From: Eledone cirrhosa
Lineage: Eukaryota
NCBI GenBank assembly: GCA_964016885.1
Contig: OZ024754.1
Location: 31,000,001 to 31,064,000 of the forward strand
DNA length: 64,000 bases
Reading direction: 5' to 3'
Below, in pieces: positions 11,923 to 26,829 of this stretch. The notes under the pieces were generated by a model, which ran no database searches, was not told the DNA's origin, and was given only the letters and a program-made list of their open reading frames with translations. Both the position numbers and the translations under genes were made by a program. Numbering within the stretch: position 1 is the stretch's first letter; every line of letters begins with the position of its first letter.

Positions 11923-12435
11923 CTGTAAATGTGGTTGGTGTTAAGGACATCCAGCTGTAAAAAAAAACGGCCAAAATACAATTCTGTTTGAGCTAAGTAT
12001 GGTGTGTCCAACTGGCCAGACTTGTCTCATAACATGGAAGACCCATCTAACGTATGCAAGCATGGAAAAATACCCATTAAATGGTGATGATGATGATGAT
12101 GATGATGTTCATAAATATATATATATATATTTATATATATCAACACTTCCGGTTAGCGGCCGTTATATTATAAAAATATCGCATATATTTCTGTCGCTAA
12201 TTTTCTCCTAATGCAGTTTATATATAATATCGTATTTTTTAATGTATCATGGATTACTTTACTGATTACATAAGACAGTGTAACGCAGACTTCATTCAAT
12301 TTCTGTGTATATTGTCTATTACGATTTTATTTGATGTATCATATCTACATGTATATATACTTGCGTATAATATCAATATACACGCTACACATGCTAGCAG
12401 AAAACCACACGAAGGGTGGTTTTCTGCTAGTATAT

Positions 12436-12628
12436 ATAATAATTGTTTCTACTTTTGGCACAAGGCCAGCAATTACCCAGTACATTACTGGTACTTTATT
12501 TTATTGACCTTGTAAGGATGAAAGGCAAAGTCAACCTCGGCGGGATTTGAACTCAGATCGTAAAGGGACGTAACTATGCTGGAAAGCATGGCGTCCGACC
12601 CTCTACCGATACTGCCAATCCACCGGCC
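12436..12628 (-). mobile_element. tRNA-derived SINE family C
   Basis: Body AAGGATGAAAGGCAAAGTCAACCTCGGCGGGATTTGAACTCAG; many copies in the window. Confidence 0.85.
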
Positions 12629-12649
12629 GTGTATAATAATACAAGGTAT

Positions 12650-12850
12650 TATTGTTAGACCTTCATTATATTTATTGGATCATGACACGTGTTTCACTAC
12701 TGACCAGCTCAGAATTCTGTCATTACTACAACAGAGGTCCAACGAGCTTTTGATTCCAGAGTCGGGCCAGATCAATACAGATCGAACCTTGAGCTGATCA
12801 ATAGCGAAAACACATGTCACCAATGAATAAACGTAATGAAGGCCTAACAA
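12650..12850. mobile_element. Inverted-repeat pLTR-like element with GAAAC...GTC and AATAAA in each arm (family X)
   Basis: TTGTTAGACCTTCATTATATTTATT / AATAAACGTAATGAAGGCCTAACAA arms; internal TGATTCCAGAGTC motif shared with 20890-21010, 45700-45948 and 50085-50208. Confidence 0.55.
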
Positions 12851-12870
12851 ATTGTCCTTGAATTATTATT

Positions 12871-12984
12871 AAATCCCGCCGAGGTTTACTTTGCCTTTCA
12901 TCCTTACGGGGGTCGATAAAATAAAGTACCAGTAATGTACTGGGTAATTGCTGGCCTTGTGCCTAAAGTAGAAACAATTATTAT
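12871..12984 (+). mobile_element. SINE family C partial copy, inverted relative to 12436-12548
   Basis: Near-exact reverse complement. Confidence 0.85.
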
Positions 12985-13029
12985 CACCTGGGTGAACCTA
13001 CAGTAACTTCACGTTACTCTACCTGGATA

Positions 13030-13060
<31 letters not shown>

Positions 13061-13107
13061 GCATATATATATATATATGCATATATATATATATGTATAT
13101 GTATATA

Positions 13108-13187
<80 letters not shown>

Positions 13188-13818
13188 TTTGATAGATACA
13201 TCCCATGCAATCATACTTCCTTTGTCTCCCATCCATTGATCTATACCTAGCATCCAAGCAATTGATTGATCTTCTAGATATCCCATTCTGTTATTGATTT
13301 TTACTATTACCCAGGGTGCACTGTATTTAATACACCTTGGTTTTTACTTCGAACCACACACACTCACAAATACAAACACACACACACACATATATATATA
13401 TACATATAAATATATATGTACATGCATATATATATATATAGATATACAGATATATACATATATATATAAATGTGTGTGTGTGCGTGTGTGTGTGTGTGTG
13501 AGTGTGTGTGTGTGCGTGTGTGTGTGCACGTGCGTGTGTGTGTTTGTGAAGGTATAAACAGAAAAGTCATGAACATTTTTCAGATTTTTGTAGCTGGAGA
13601 TAAAAGAAACATCCTAACACACACGCGCGTGTGTGTGGCGGGGGGGTGTATGTGTGGGTGTGTGTGTGTGTGAGTGTGTGTGTGTGTGAGTGTGTGTGTG
13701 TGAGTGTGTGTGTGTGAGTGTGTGTGTGCGTGTGTGCATCAGGGTGAGCGGAATATACATATAGTCTTACTTCTGTTGTTTCATATTTGCTAAACATGAA
13801 AGGAGACTACATATAACT

Positions 13819-13883
<65 letters not shown>

Positions 13884-13942
13884 GTGACATGTATGTATAT
13901 ATGTATATATTCAATTAAATGTGTGTATATACATACAGTTAC

Positions 13943-13976
<34 letters not shown>

Positions 13977-14403
13977 GTGTGTGTGTTTGTGTGTGTAACT
14001 GTATGTATATATTCACATTTAATTGAATATATACATATATACACACATGCCACTGTATATATATATACACACATGTAACTGTGTATAAAGATATATACAT
14101 CAAGTAATTGAATATATACATATAAACATACAAATATACAAATATACGTGTTGAAACATGTAATTGAGAATTAAATGGCCTAATAGTTAACCTAGCAATG
14201 ACTAAAGTCTTAATAAGTTAGAAGGAGGATAGAAAGCTGTTACCGTGGGGGGGGGGGGGGGGGAGTGGCCTGGGGAAGGAAGTAGCCTGGGGAAGGACAT
14301 GGCCTGAGCAGGGACTTGTCTAAAAGGCTGGACAGAAACTCTATAAATGTAATGTATGGAGGCACAATAGATGTTGTGGGATAACACACTGGCTAACATG
14401 TGA

Positions 14404-17310
14404 GATAGACTAGCATAGAAGATAGACTAGCATAGAAGATAGACTAGCATAGAAGATAGACTAACATAGAAGATAGACTAACACAGAAGATAGACTAACA
14501 TAGAAGATAGACTAACATAGAAGATAGACTAACACAGAAGATAGACTAACATAGAAGATAGACTAACATAGAAGATAGACTAACACAGAAGATAGACTAA
14601 CATAGAAGATAGACTAACATAGAAGATAGACTAGCATAGAAGATAGACTAACATAGAAGATAGACTAGCATAGAAGATAGACTAACATAGAAGATAGACT
14701 AGCATAGAAGATAGACTAACATAGAAGATAGACTAACATAGAAGATAGACTAACACAGAAGATAGACTAACATAGAAGATAGACTAACATAGAAGATAGA
14801 CTAACACAGAAGATAGACTAACATAGAAGATAGACTAACATAGAAGATAGACTAGCATAGAAGATAGACTAACATAGAAGATAGACTAACATAGAAGATA
14901 GACTAACACAGAAGATAGACTAACATAGAAGATAGACTAACATAGAAGATAGACTAACACAGAAGATAGACTAACATAGAAGATAGACTAACATAGAAGA
15001 TAGACTAACACAGAAGATAGACTAACATAGAAGATAGACTAACATAGAAGATAGACTAGCATAGAAGATAGACTAACATAGAAGATAGACTAGCATAGAA
15101 GATAGACTAACATAGAAGATAGACTAGCATAGAAGATAGACTAACATAGAAGATAGACTAACATAGAAGATAGACTAACACAGAAGATAGACTAACATAG
15201 AAGATAGACTAACATAGAAGATAGACTAACACAGAAGATAGACTAACATAGAAGATAGACTAACATAGAAGATAGACTAACACAGAAGATAGACTAACAT
15301 AGAAGATAGACTAACATAGAAGATAGACTAACATAGAAGATAGACTAACATAGAAGATAGACTAACATAGAAGATAGACTAACATAGAAGATAGACTAAC
15401 ATAGAAGATAGACTAACATAGAAGATAGACTAACATAGAAGATAGACTAACATAAAAGATAGACTAACATAGAAGATAGACTAACACAGAAGATAGACTA
15501 ACACAGAAGATAGACTAACATAGAAGATAGACTAACACAGAAGATAGACTAACACAGAAGATAGACTAACATAGAAGATAGACTAACATAAAAGATAGAC
15601 TAACATAGAAGATAGACTAACGCAGAAGATAGACTAACATAGAAGATAGACTAACATAGAAGATAGACTAACATAAAAGATAGACTAACATAGAAGATAG
15701 ACTAACACAGAAGATAGACTAACATAGAAGATAGACTAACATAAAAGATAGACTAACATAGAAGATAGACTAACACAGAAGATAGACTAACACAGAAGAT
15801 AGACTAACATAGAAGATAGACTAACACAGAAGATAGACTAACACAGAAGATAGACTAACATAGAAGATAGACTAACATAAAAGATAGACTAACATAGAAG
15901 ATAGACTAACGCAGAAGATAGACTAACATAGAAGATAGACTAACATAGAAGATAGACTAACATAAAAGATAGACTAACATAGAAGATAGACTAACACAGA
16001 AGATAGACTAACATAGAAGATAGACTAACATAAAAGATAGACTAACATAGAAGATAGACTAACGCAGAAGATAGACTAACATAGAAGATAGACTAACATA
16101 GAAGATAGACTAACATAGAAGATAGACTAACACAGAAGATAGACTAGCATAGAAGATAGACTAACATAGAAGATAGACTAACATAGAAGATAGACTAACA
16201 CAGAAGATAGACTAGCATAGAAGATAGACTAACACAGAAGATAGACTAACATAGAAGATAGACTAACATAGAAGATAGACTAACATAGAAGATAGACTAA
16301 CATAGAAGATAGACTAACATAGAAGATAGACTAACATAGAAGATAGACTAACATAGAAGATAGACTAACATAGAAGATAGACTAACATAGAAGATAGACT
16401 AGCATAGAAGATAGACTAACATAGAAGATAGACTAACATAGAAGATAGACTAACATAGAAGATAGACTAACACAGAAGATAGACTAACATAGAAGATAGA
16501 CTAACATAGAAGATAGACTAACATAGAAGATAGACTAACATAGAAGATAGACTAACATAGAAGATAGACTAACACAGAAGATAGACTAACATAGAAGATA
16601 GACTAACATAGAAGATAGACTAACATAGAAGATAGACTAACATAGAAGATAGACTAACATAGAAGATAGACTAACGCAGAAGATAGACTAACATAGAAGA
16701 TAGACTAACATAGAAGATAGACTAACATAGAAGATAGACTAACACAGAAGATAGACTAACACAGAAGATAGACTAACATAGAAGATAGACTAACATAGAA
16801 GATAGACTAACATAGAAGATAGACTAACATAGAAAATAGACTAACATAGAAGATAGACTAACACAGAAGATAGACTAAAACAGAAGATAGACTAACATAG
16901 AAGATAGACTAACATAGAAGATAGACTAACGCAGAAGATAGACTAACATAGAAGATAGACTAACATGGAAGATAGACTAACATAGAAGATAGACTAACAC
17001 AGAAGATAGACTAACATAGAAGATAGACTAACATAGACGATAGACTAACATAGAAGATAGACTAACATAGAACACAGAGTTACACAGAAGATAGACTAAC
17101 ATAGAAGATAGACTAACATAGAAGATAGACTAACATAGAAGACAGAGTAACACAGAAGATAGGCTAACATAGAAGGTAGACTAACACAGAATATAGACTA
17201 ACATAGAAGATAGGCTAACATAGAAGATAGACTAACATAGAAGATAGACCAACATAGAAGATAGACTAACATAGAAGATAGAGTAACACAGAAGATAGGC
17301 TAACATAGAA
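14404..17310. repeat. 17-bp minisatellite (AGAAGATAGACTAACAT), about 170 copies
   Basis: Homogeneous tandem array of about 2.9 kb with single-base variants (CAC, AGC, AAA, CGC). Confidence 0.98.
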
Positions 17311-17329
17311 ATGAACTAACTGGAAAACA

Positions 17330-17615
17330 GCTGCCATGACTTTCGGAAACATTTTTTCACACTCTGAGTTGTTAAAGCATTGATCAAACTACTTGCATCA
17401 GTTGTTAGCTGTCGGGACACTGCATTCTTCTAAACTTTCATGCTTCCCGAAATTCGGCAACACTACACCTGATATTCCCCCTCCACACACATGCACACAT
17501 GTATCTGTGTGTATACCATGACTCAAACACTGTTCACTTTCCTGACATTTTACATTATTCATATACATGCACCTTTGATGAGTTGTAGTGCACCTGAGCA
17601 CTGTACACATTAATT
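17330..17615 (+). mobile_element. CR1/L2-like LINE 3' end
   Basis: DFRKHFFTLRVV-like C-terminus followed by the UTR shared with 4220 and 60870. Confidence 0.65.
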
Positions 17616-17649
17616 TGTAAAAACACAGAAAATAGACTAACACAGAAAA

Positions 17650-18250
17650 TAGACTTTATATATGACAGATGCACAGGAAAAGTGAGCACTAAGAGCACGT
17701 GTGAAATTGATTCCCACAGTTGCATGTGGGACCTAATCAGTAGTGGGGTGGGGGTTGCTGTGAAAGTGTGATAGTCAGTGTAAGAATAGTCTGAAAGAAG
17801 TTTAGGAAGCTGGTGCCTCTGTTGACAACAAAGGGTTTCTCTCTCAGTATGAAGGACAGACTGTATGATGCCTGTGTGAAAACTGCAATGCTACATGGCA
17901 GTAAGACTTGGACCTCAACTGCAGAAGACCTGAGAAGGTTAAAAAGAAATGAAGCGGGTATATTCCAATGGTTGTGTAATGTTAGTGGACATGAACAATG
18001 TAGTATGAGCGAGTTTGGTATAAGAGGAATTGGATATAATGTGCAAAAGAGAAGACTGCGCTGGTATGAACATGTCATGTGTATGAAAGACGACAGCACT
18101 ATAAAAATCTCAGTGGATGGGACTTTTGGAACAGGAATATATGGGGTAAGGTAGAACCAACGTTAAGACACTGAACATCACAACAGAGATGAGGAAGGAC
18201 TGTGAGGAAAGGAGACTTACTGTGTTGGTGAAGCCCTGCCTACCAGCTAA
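17650..18250 (+). mobile_element. RTE LINE post-RT fragment
   Basis: KDRLYDACVKTAMLHGSKTW...RRLRWYEHVMCMKDDS. Confidence 0.85.
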
Positions 18251-18549
18251 CTTGACTCCCATCCAAGTGTCCCCACCTCTATGACTTCACCTCTATCACC
18301 CCTTAGTAGCTATTCTCATTATCACAACACCCCCATAGTTTTCATGACCTCCACCCTACAAACCACCCATGTCAGTAGTTGCTATTTCCATTATCATTGT
18401 ACCCCAAAATCACCTACACCCCTTTCATGCCCCCCCCCCCCCCGTTTGTATCCAGGATCATCCCTTCTCCCCCTAAACCATAACACCTACACTCTATCTA
18501 ATGTCACAACACAATATCCTTCTCTACTCTAGATTACCTCCATTACCCT

Positions 18550-19245
18550 GTGTGTTTGTGTGTATGGGGGCAGTGTGTTTCTGTGTGGGTGGGCAGTGTT
18601 TGTGCATGTGTTGTTTGTGTGTGGACAGTGTTTGTGTGTGTGTGTTTCTGTATGCATGGACAGTGTTTGTGCATGTGTGTGTGTGGGCAGTGTTTGTGCG
18701 TGTGTATTTGTGTATGTGTGGGGGGGGGGTTGTGTGAGTAGGTGTTTGTGTGTATCTATTTGTATCTGTGTGGGGGTGGGGGGCAGTGTTTGGGGGTGGT
18801 GGAAGTGTGTGTGTGTGTGTGTGTATTTGTATCTGTGTGTGGGCAGTTTTTTGGGGGGAGGGGCGGTCAGTGTGTGTATGTGTGTGGCCAGTGTTTGTGT
18901 GTGTGTGTGTGTGTATGTATTTGTATCTGTGTGTATATATTTGTATCTGTGTGTGTGTGTAGCCAGTGTTTGTGTGTGTGTGTGTGTGTTTGTGTGTATG
19001 TATTTGTATCTGTGTGTGTGTGGGCAGTGTTTGTGTGTGTGTTTATGTGTGTGTGTGTGTGTGTGTGTGTATGTATTTGTATCTGTGTGTATATATTTGT
19101 ATCTGTGTGTGTGTGTAGCCAGTGTTTGTGTGTGTGTGTTTGTGTGTATGTATTTGTATCTGTGTGTATATATTTGTATCTGTGTGTGTGTGTGTGGGCA
19201 GTGTTTGTGTGTGTGTTTATGTGTGTGTACACACACACATTTATG
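18550..19245. repeat. Compound (TG)n array with recurring GGCAGTGTTTG and ATTTGTATCTG cores
   Basis: Seen directly in the sequence. Confidence 0.9.
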
Positions 19246-19551
19246 TTTTTGAGATGAGGGTGTCATTATAGTGCTTCTGCAGTATTTTACTGTGGGTTAC
19301 TGCAGCAGCTGCACTGGTTGCACTGTTGCAGCACTGACATTAATTGGTTGGTTGTGCAGCTGATTATTGTGCAATAAACATCTGGCTAGTTCACTAAACA
19401 CATCACAACTGCTCTGCATTGCACTGCACTGCTAACTTCTTCTGAAACGGTTACTTCAAGATTGTGCACTTGTTGTTGATGTTGTTGTTGTTGTCGATGT
19501 GGGTTTTGGACAGATGCAACACTCAACAGCTCTATACTTATCTACGTGTAT

Positions 19552-19590
<39 letters not shown>

Positions 19591-19596
19591 TATATA

Positions 19597-20319
<723 letters not shown>

Positions 20320-20339
20320 ACATTATATATATATATAAT

Positions 20340-20471
20340 AAAGAGGGTGTGGTAAGATACCTGGTGGACCAGAGTACTCAATACTTAGCGTGGTAGAGTG
20401 GGTAATAGGAAAAGAGTCAGGAGCCCGACAGCTGAGCTCTGGTCGTTTCGACAGCTGGATCTGAACTCGGA

Positions 20472-20554
<83 letters not shown>

Positions 20555-20735
20555 TATATATATAGGAACGAGTAGGACCCCGACGGCTGAGCTCAAGCCG
20601 TTTCGACGGCTAATTCGAAACGGCTTGAGCTCAGCTGTCGGGGTCCTACTCGTTCCTATTACCCACTCTACTACCCTAAGTATTGAGTACTTTGGTGCGT
20701 TATGGTCCACCTGGTTCCTTACTACATTTCCTTTG

Positions 20736-20737
<2 letters not shown>
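20340..20737. mobile_element. pLTR-like family P copies in (TA)n, including a fold-back at 20562-20659
   Basis: GAAACGGCTTGAGCTCAGCYGTCGGGGTC...TATTGAGTACTTTGG shared with 46083-46271, 50160-50208, 59921-60128 and 61750-61830. Confidence 0.7.
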
Positions 20738-20778
<41 letters not shown>

Positions 20779-20851
20779 CACTTATAAAGACAGGGCTTCC
20801 CCCCACATATGTATGTATGTGTCTGTGTTTGAGTGTATCTGTGTAGTCAGA

Positions 20852-20895
<44 letters not shown>

Positions 20896-21204
20896 AAACG
20901 AAAATCAGTGATGCATCTGAACTCAATTTATTGTGTGTTACAATTGTTTCGCCGGCAGACAACTCGAGACGCGATCATTGGAGGGATCTGTCTGATTCTG
21001 GACCTGCAGGTTCGTCGGACACTTGTAATAATTTTGGATCAAATTTTCTCACATATAAATACATATATATATATGTAAAAGTTCTATTTAAATTGTTGGG
21101 ATACAACAAGCAAATATTTTTATAACTGATATAAAGCCCTCAACAAATATTTGGAGTAAAAATACGATATTAACAAACGGAAACTATATTTATAAAACCA
21201 TATT

Positions 21205-21269
21205 TATTTCATTATACATATTTCAAGGACACCAAGTTAAATTATGGTGTGCTTTCATCAGATAAAATA
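21205..21269 (-). ncRNA. Minimal type I hammerhead ribozyme (family H, element about 21076-21330)
   Basis: Minus strand TATTTTAT-CTGATGA-AAGCACACCA..TGGTGTCCTT-GAAATATGTATA-ATGAAATA. Confidence 0.7.
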
Positions 21270-21393
21270 TAATATAGATCAGTTTTATAAATAAATATTG
21301 ACATACCCTTAAAGAATGCAACCATTACTGTTGTGTGTGTATATATATATATATATGTATGTGTATATGTATGTGTATATATATATATATATG

Positions 21394-21444
<51 letters not shown>

Positions 21445-21797
21445 GTATATGTATGTATATATATAGCTGAGTGTATGCAGTAGTCAATACATTTCCTCAT
21501 TAGATGAAGGACAATGAAGTGAGGTTACCGTGGCAAGTAAAATGAAATTATTACATGATCCACCTGACAGGTGTAATGTGTCTGAACACAGAAGGGCCAA
21601 ACTCCCACTGTCATCGCCTCCATCTTTCTCGCTCTCCCCATCTCTCTGTATTGTGAGCAAATGGTGTCCCAGGTGCTGGCCGACCCACAGCCCCGGCAGA
21701 CAGAATGGAGAAGGCATTCCACGGAGGAAGGTAAGGGAGATGCACTGGAAGAAACTGGTGTACTTTCTGTGCTTGAGCATCCTACATCTTCTATATA

Positions 21798-22257
21798 CAG
21801 AGTGTCCCCAAAAAATGTATACACACACTGTGGAGGCACATGGCTTAGTGGTTAGAGCATTGGGCTTGCAATCGAAAGGTTGTGAGTTCAATTCTCAGAC
21901 CGGGTGATGTGTTGTTTCCTTGAGCAAGACACTTTATTTCACATTGCTCCAGTTTACTCAGCTGTAGAAATAAGATGATAGGGACTGGGGTCCATATCAT
22001 TCCACTGTAAAGTGGTCGTGAAGGTGCCACGGCAAAAAAAGCACCCAGCACTCACTGTAAATGAGGTTGGTGTTAGGAAGGGCATCCAGCTGTAGAAATC
22101 AAGCCAGAATCAGTTCCCGTCCCACCCTTGCAAGCAGGGAAAAGCGGACGTAAAATGAAATGATGATGATGATGATGATGATGACACTGATATCCAGTAC
22201 AGGTAATATTTATTAGAATTTTGTTGAAGTGCGTATACATTTTTGGGGGACACCCTG
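21798..22257. mobile_element. Tc1/mariner-type MITE interrupted by SINE A
   Basis: TA|CAGAGTGTCCCCAAAAAATGTATAC ... GTATACATTTTTGGGGGACACCCTG|TA terminal inverted repeats. Confidence 0.75.
21832..22183 (+). mobile_element. Full-length SINE family A
   Basis: A box TGGCTTAGTGG, B box GAGTTCAATTCT, CORE-like CCTTGAGCAAGACACTTT, GGAAGGGCATCCAGCTGTAGAAA, (GAT)n tail, flanking ACACTG direct repeat. Confidence 0.9.
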
Positions 22258-23759
22258 TATATATCATCATCACCATTATCGTTGTTTAACGTCCATTTTT
22301 CCCTCCTAGCAAGGGTTGGACAGGTCTACATAGACCAAGTCAGTACTGAAGCGGGGCTACTGACCTCCGGGACAGGCCGAGGGATTTGCATCTCTCTTAC
22401 ATACGCTCATATGTTCTAGAGAGGTTGTTGTGTCTTTGACACAATTAAATATCATCCCAATTAATTTAGGAGGCATGGTTTCTACAGCCTCACCAGCCAC
22501 CCTTACGTGGCACCATCACTGGCGAGGTTGTTGGCCCTAGACCCAACTGTAGAGCCCTCTCTGCTCAGGGAAGGAGGGCAACAGAGGAGAGAGAGCCCTA
22601 GACCCAACTGTAGAGCCCTCTCTGCTCAGGGAAGGAGGGCAACAGAGGAGAGAGATACATATGATGTATATGGTGTATCTGGTGTACGTGGTGATTTGGC
22701 AGGGTGATATTAAATAGGGGGTGGCTGATTAGTGTATGCTGAGGGGGGTAGTGGTCAACACCCTCAAACATACACATACACACACACATATATATATGTG
22801 TGTGTGTATGTGTGCTTGTGTGTGTGTGTGTTTATGTTTCACTATGTTAACATGTGTGCACTGTCACACATGGAGAATGCCAAACACACACACACACACA
22901 CACCTATACACACACACACAGATGTTATGTCGCCAGCTGAGGTGGGGACAGTGATGGGGCGGGGGGGGGGATCACTCTGCCTGAGTCCCAACTGTCACTC
23001 TCTCTCTCTAATTTCAACCCAACACTTTCTCTCTCTTTCCCTCTCTACCCCTCTTCCCACTCTCTCTCTCTCTCTCTCTCGTTCTCTCTCCTCACACTTT
23101 TTCTGCCCCCCCCCCCCACTCTAGTCTCACCCCTCACAGTCTCTATGCCATGTGTATGTGTACATACATGTGCTGAGGTGGGGTGGGGAGGAGGACAGAC
23201 CCTCCCCACTCCTCCACTATGCTATGTATGGCTTTCACTCTCTCTTCCCCTCCTCACTCTCTCTCTCTCTGTCATCTCCTTCTCCTCCTCCTCCCCTCTC
23301 TGTTCTACCCCTCCTCTAGTTATCACCCCCCCCTCACTTCTAACTTTCTTACCTGACTCCAACTCCCACTATCAACACACACACACACACACACACACAA
23401 TGTACACGTATTCACATATATACACACATACACATATCACACACACATATTCACATACACAGACATTCACATAGATTTATACTTACTACACATACGCACA
23501 TACATACAAATACACACACACATACGTACACATATGTACACACACATACGTACCCATATGTACGCACATACACATACGTACTCATATGTACGCACACACA
23601 TACACACACACATACGTACACACACACACATACGTACACATATATACACACACATACACACACACACATGCACACACACATACGTACACATGTACACACA
23701 CACACAACAGCTTGCTTACAGTAAAGGGCTGAAGCATATCTTTTTCTCTGACTCACACA

Positions 23760-25120
23760 GCCACCACCTCCACCACCCTTATCCCCACCACCACCACCAC
23801 CACCACACCACCACCACCACAACACCACACCACCACCACCACCACACCACCACCACCACACCACCACCAAACCACCACTGCACCACCTCCACCACCATCA
23901 CCACTACTACATCACCACCACTGCACCACCACCACACCACCACACCACCTCCACCACCACCTCCACCAGACCACCACCACACCACCACCACCATACCATC
24001 ACACCACCACGCCACCACCACACCACCACTGCACCAACTCCACCACCACCACTGCACCACCTCCATCACCACCACCACACCACCAACACTGCACCACCTC
24101 CATCACCACCCCTACATCACAACCACACCACCACCATACCATCACACCACCACCACCACACCACCACACCACCACCACACCACCATTGCACCACCTCCAC
24201 CACCACTACATCACCACCACTGCACCACCACCACAACCACACCACCTCCACCACCTTTACCTCCACCACACCACCACACCACCACACCACCACCACACCA
24301 CCACACCACCACACCACCACCAAACCACCACTGCACCACCTCCACCACCATCACCACCACTACATCACCACCACTGCACCACCACCAGCATCACCACCCC
24401 TACCACCCTTACCCCATCCCAACTCTGGTTGTCTTCTTCTTCCCCCTCCCACCCCTGTGATTTAAGCATGCACACTGACTCAGACCACTAAAACCACCAC
24501 CACCACCACCACTACTACTACCACCACCACTGCACCACCACCACTACTACTACCACCACCACTGCACCACCACCACTGCACAACCACCACCACCACCACC
24601 ACCACTACTACTACCACCACTACACCACCACCACTGCACAACCACCACCACCACCACCACTACTACCACCACCACCACTGCACAACCACCACCACCACCA
24701 CCACCACTACTACCACCACCACTGCACCATCACCACTGCACAACCACCACTGCACAACCACCACCACCACCACCACTACTACTACCACCACCACTGCATC
24801 ACCACCACTGCACAACCACCACCACCACCACCACCACCACTACTACTACCACCACTGCACCACCACCACTGCACAACCACCACCACCACACCACCACCAC
24901 TACTACCACCACCACTGCACAACCACCACCACCACCACCACTACTACTACTACCACCACTGCACCACCACCACTGCACAACCACCACCACCACTACTACT
25001 ACTACCACCACTGCACCACCACCACTGCACAACCACCACCACCACTACTACTACCACCACCACTGCACAACCACCACCACCACCACCACCACTACCACCA
25101 CCACCACCACCACCACCACC
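23760..25120. repeat. (CAC)n/(TAC)n compound microsatellite
   Basis: Seen directly in the sequence. Confidence 0.95.
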
Positions 25121-26533
25121 CCAGTCAGTCATGTAACTGTCCAGCACTTCAGACCAGCCAGCCAGCTAGTCAGCTGTCCAGTAATACATCTGTCCACCTG
25201 GTCAACCAACCCTCAGCCATACCACCCAGCCAACGAAATCTCCACCCCACCTCTCAGCCACCCAGCCCAGCCAACCACTTAGCCCTCTCCTACCCAACCA
25301 GCCAACCCACCACCCTGCTGGTTTACCACACAGCCAGCCACCCAGACCAGCCAACCACTTAGCCCTCTCCTACCCAACCAGCCAACCCTCCACCCTGCTG
25401 GTTTACCACACAGCCAGCCACCCAACCACCTAGTCAGCTGGACCAACCCAGCCAACCAACCTTCCACCCTGCCAGCCAATGAGACCTACCACACCCCTAC
25501 ATTTCAGCCAGCTGGCCAGCCAACCTCCTCCACACTCACCAGCCAACCAACTAGTCAGCTGTCCAGTGGTACATCTGTCCACCCAGCCAAATACCCCACT
25601 CCCTCTACCAGCCAACCAGTGAACCAGTCAGCCAGCTGGTTTCCTTTCCAGCACATTTGCTCTCCCAGAGGTACATATGAGTGGTTGGTGTTAGCTCAAA
25701 CTGTCCCAGGCTTTACTCTATGGCTTCTTCCTCCCCATCTTCACATTTACCTCCTTCCTGGCTATTATTCCTCCTCTTCCCACTCCTCATGAATCTCTGT
25801 CTTCCTCACACCCCCACCCCTCCTGCTCTCCCTCTTTCCTTTGTTGATTGTCTGTGTCTCATTCATTCATTCACCTCCGGCAAAGTTGTAGGAAGTCGTA
25901 GTAGTTGTCTCCAGGGTCAGCTCTCCAGGCATTGCAAGTCATTTTACCAGGAGACAGACATCACAACACCAGGTATACAACAATCACATACAACACCAGG
26001 TAACCAACCAACCAACCAGCCAACCAACCAACCAACCAACCAACCAGCCAGCCAGCCGGCCGGCCAACCAACCAACCAACCAACCAACCAACCAACCAAC
26101 CAATCAACCAACAAGCTCCCCAGTCATTTACTGTTTTATACCAACACCAACAGCCTTACAAACACACCACTGTTGACTTTAGTCGGTGTAAAATATATCA
26201 ACAGCTGATCCTTGAATCAATGGAGAAAATCCGACTGATCCGACAAGCTGATTGGATCCAACTAAACACCATTAATATATCACACTAACTACTGAATAGT
26301 GGCTACCATCCATACACCACACCACACCACACCACACTACACTACACTACACCACACCACACCACACCACACCACACTACACAATTTACTATGTACTGGT
26401 TATATTCATCTCGTGGTTCCAGGGAAGTTTCTGTTCTCTCCCAGTTTTTCATTCACTTTTCAAGTTAAGCTCTTCGTTACTATTTCTCCTTCATGCAGGA
26501 AACATAATGCTGTGTGTGTGAGAGAGAGAGTGT

Positions 26534-26564
<31 letters not shown>

Positions 26565-26829
26565 ATAGAGAGAGAGTGTGTGTGTCTGTGTTTGTGTGTG
26601 TGAGAGAGAGAGAGAGCATTTGTGTCTGTGTGAGAGAGAGGGGAGAGTCTGTGTGTGTGTTTGTAGGGGTATTCGTGTGTGTGTGTGTGTGTGTGTGTTT
26701 GTTTGTGTGTATATGTGTATGTGTGAAAGACAGAGACTTTGTATGTTGTGTGAAGGAGAGTCTTTCTGTGTGTGTGGTGTGTATCTTTGTGTGTGTATGT
26801 GTGGGTGTATCTTAGTGTGAGTGAGCGTG

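Noticed and set aside
21661-21730. Plus-strand peptide VLADPQPRQTEWRRHSTEEG loosely recalling mitochondrial ribosomal protein L24
   Set aside because: Similarity too short and vague, poor acceptor, and no other matching exons
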